Part shown: piece by piece, positions 63,692-64,000 of the stretch
Layout of the letters: every line of letters begins with the position of its first letter
How positions within the stretch are numbered: the first letter of the stretch is position 1
Origin: Hemiscyllium ocellatum
Lineage: Eukaryota
Length of the DNA: 64,000 nucleotides
Reading direction: 5' to 3'
Assembly (NCBI RefSeq): GCF_020745735.1
Contig: NC_083419.1
Span: 28,542,085-28,606,084, forward strand
Translations under genes and position numbers: made by a program
The notes under the pieces: generated by a model
Databases searched by the model: none
Told to the model about the DNA's origin: nothing
Seen by the model: only the letters and a program-made list of their open reading frames with translations

Positions 63692-63841
63692 CCGAGGAGC
63701 ACGAAAATCGATGTTTCGGGCAAAAGTCCTTCATCTATTCCTGATGAAGGGCTTTTGCCCAAAACATCGATTTTCCTGCTTTTCCAGCACCACTCTAATC
63801 TAGACTCTGGTTTCCAGCATCTGCAGTCCTCACTTTTGCCT
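63692..63841. mobile_element. Short palindromic Penelope-derived element
   Basis: TSD ACATAAGGGAAGGAG (63677-63691 / 63842-63856). Confidence 0.82.
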
Positions 63842-64000
63842 ACATAAGGGAAGGAGATGATATGGTGAGAGGGCAAAGAGTATTCCAGAAGGTTCATCAA
63901 TGGTCACCACCACCCTGGCTTCGATGAGTGTGACAATATATGACTAAGCTGTATGCCTGAAGGTCAAGTGAGTAAAGTGGGGAGATCGGCAGTTCAGTAA

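Noticed and set aside
48300-64000. Exons of a neighbouring gene such as CAND1 or RAP1B
   Set aside because: No recognisable coding exons by eye; the region is AT-rich with decayed repeats.
63860-64000. Possible second Harbinger remnant at the window end
   Set aside because: Only vague similarity across frameshifts; not supportable without a search.

Overview
Eukaryotic genomic DNA, very likely from a cartilaginous fish (shark), judging by HE1/V-SINE-type tRNA-derived SINEs, abundant CR1 LINEs and Penelope-like elements. The one intact protein-coding gene is MDM1 (centriolar microtubule-binding nuclear protein) on the minus strand. I reconstructed 15 phase-consistent GT-AG coding exons from 46031 down to 14460 (2289 nt, 762 aa). 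A promoter-like motif cluster at about 48.1-48.25 kb is separated from the ATG by a ~1.9-kb G/C-skewed minisatellite. The most unusual structure lies in MDM1 intron 4: a ~7.6-kb non-autonomous endogenous retrovirus (two LTRs, tRNA-Arg-like PBS, PPT, stubs of gag, integrase and env). Its internal region carries non-viral cargo, including an intronless, internally deleted RBPMS2 copy. The window also has several Penelope-like elements and many short palindromic derivatives with minimal hammerhead-ribozyme cores and 6-17 bp target-site duplications, a decayed Harbinger transposase, and a CpG-rich NF-kB/STAT/octamer motif cluster 3' of MDM1, on the side where IL22/IFNG lie in other vertebrates. 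All identifications are by eye; no searches were run.
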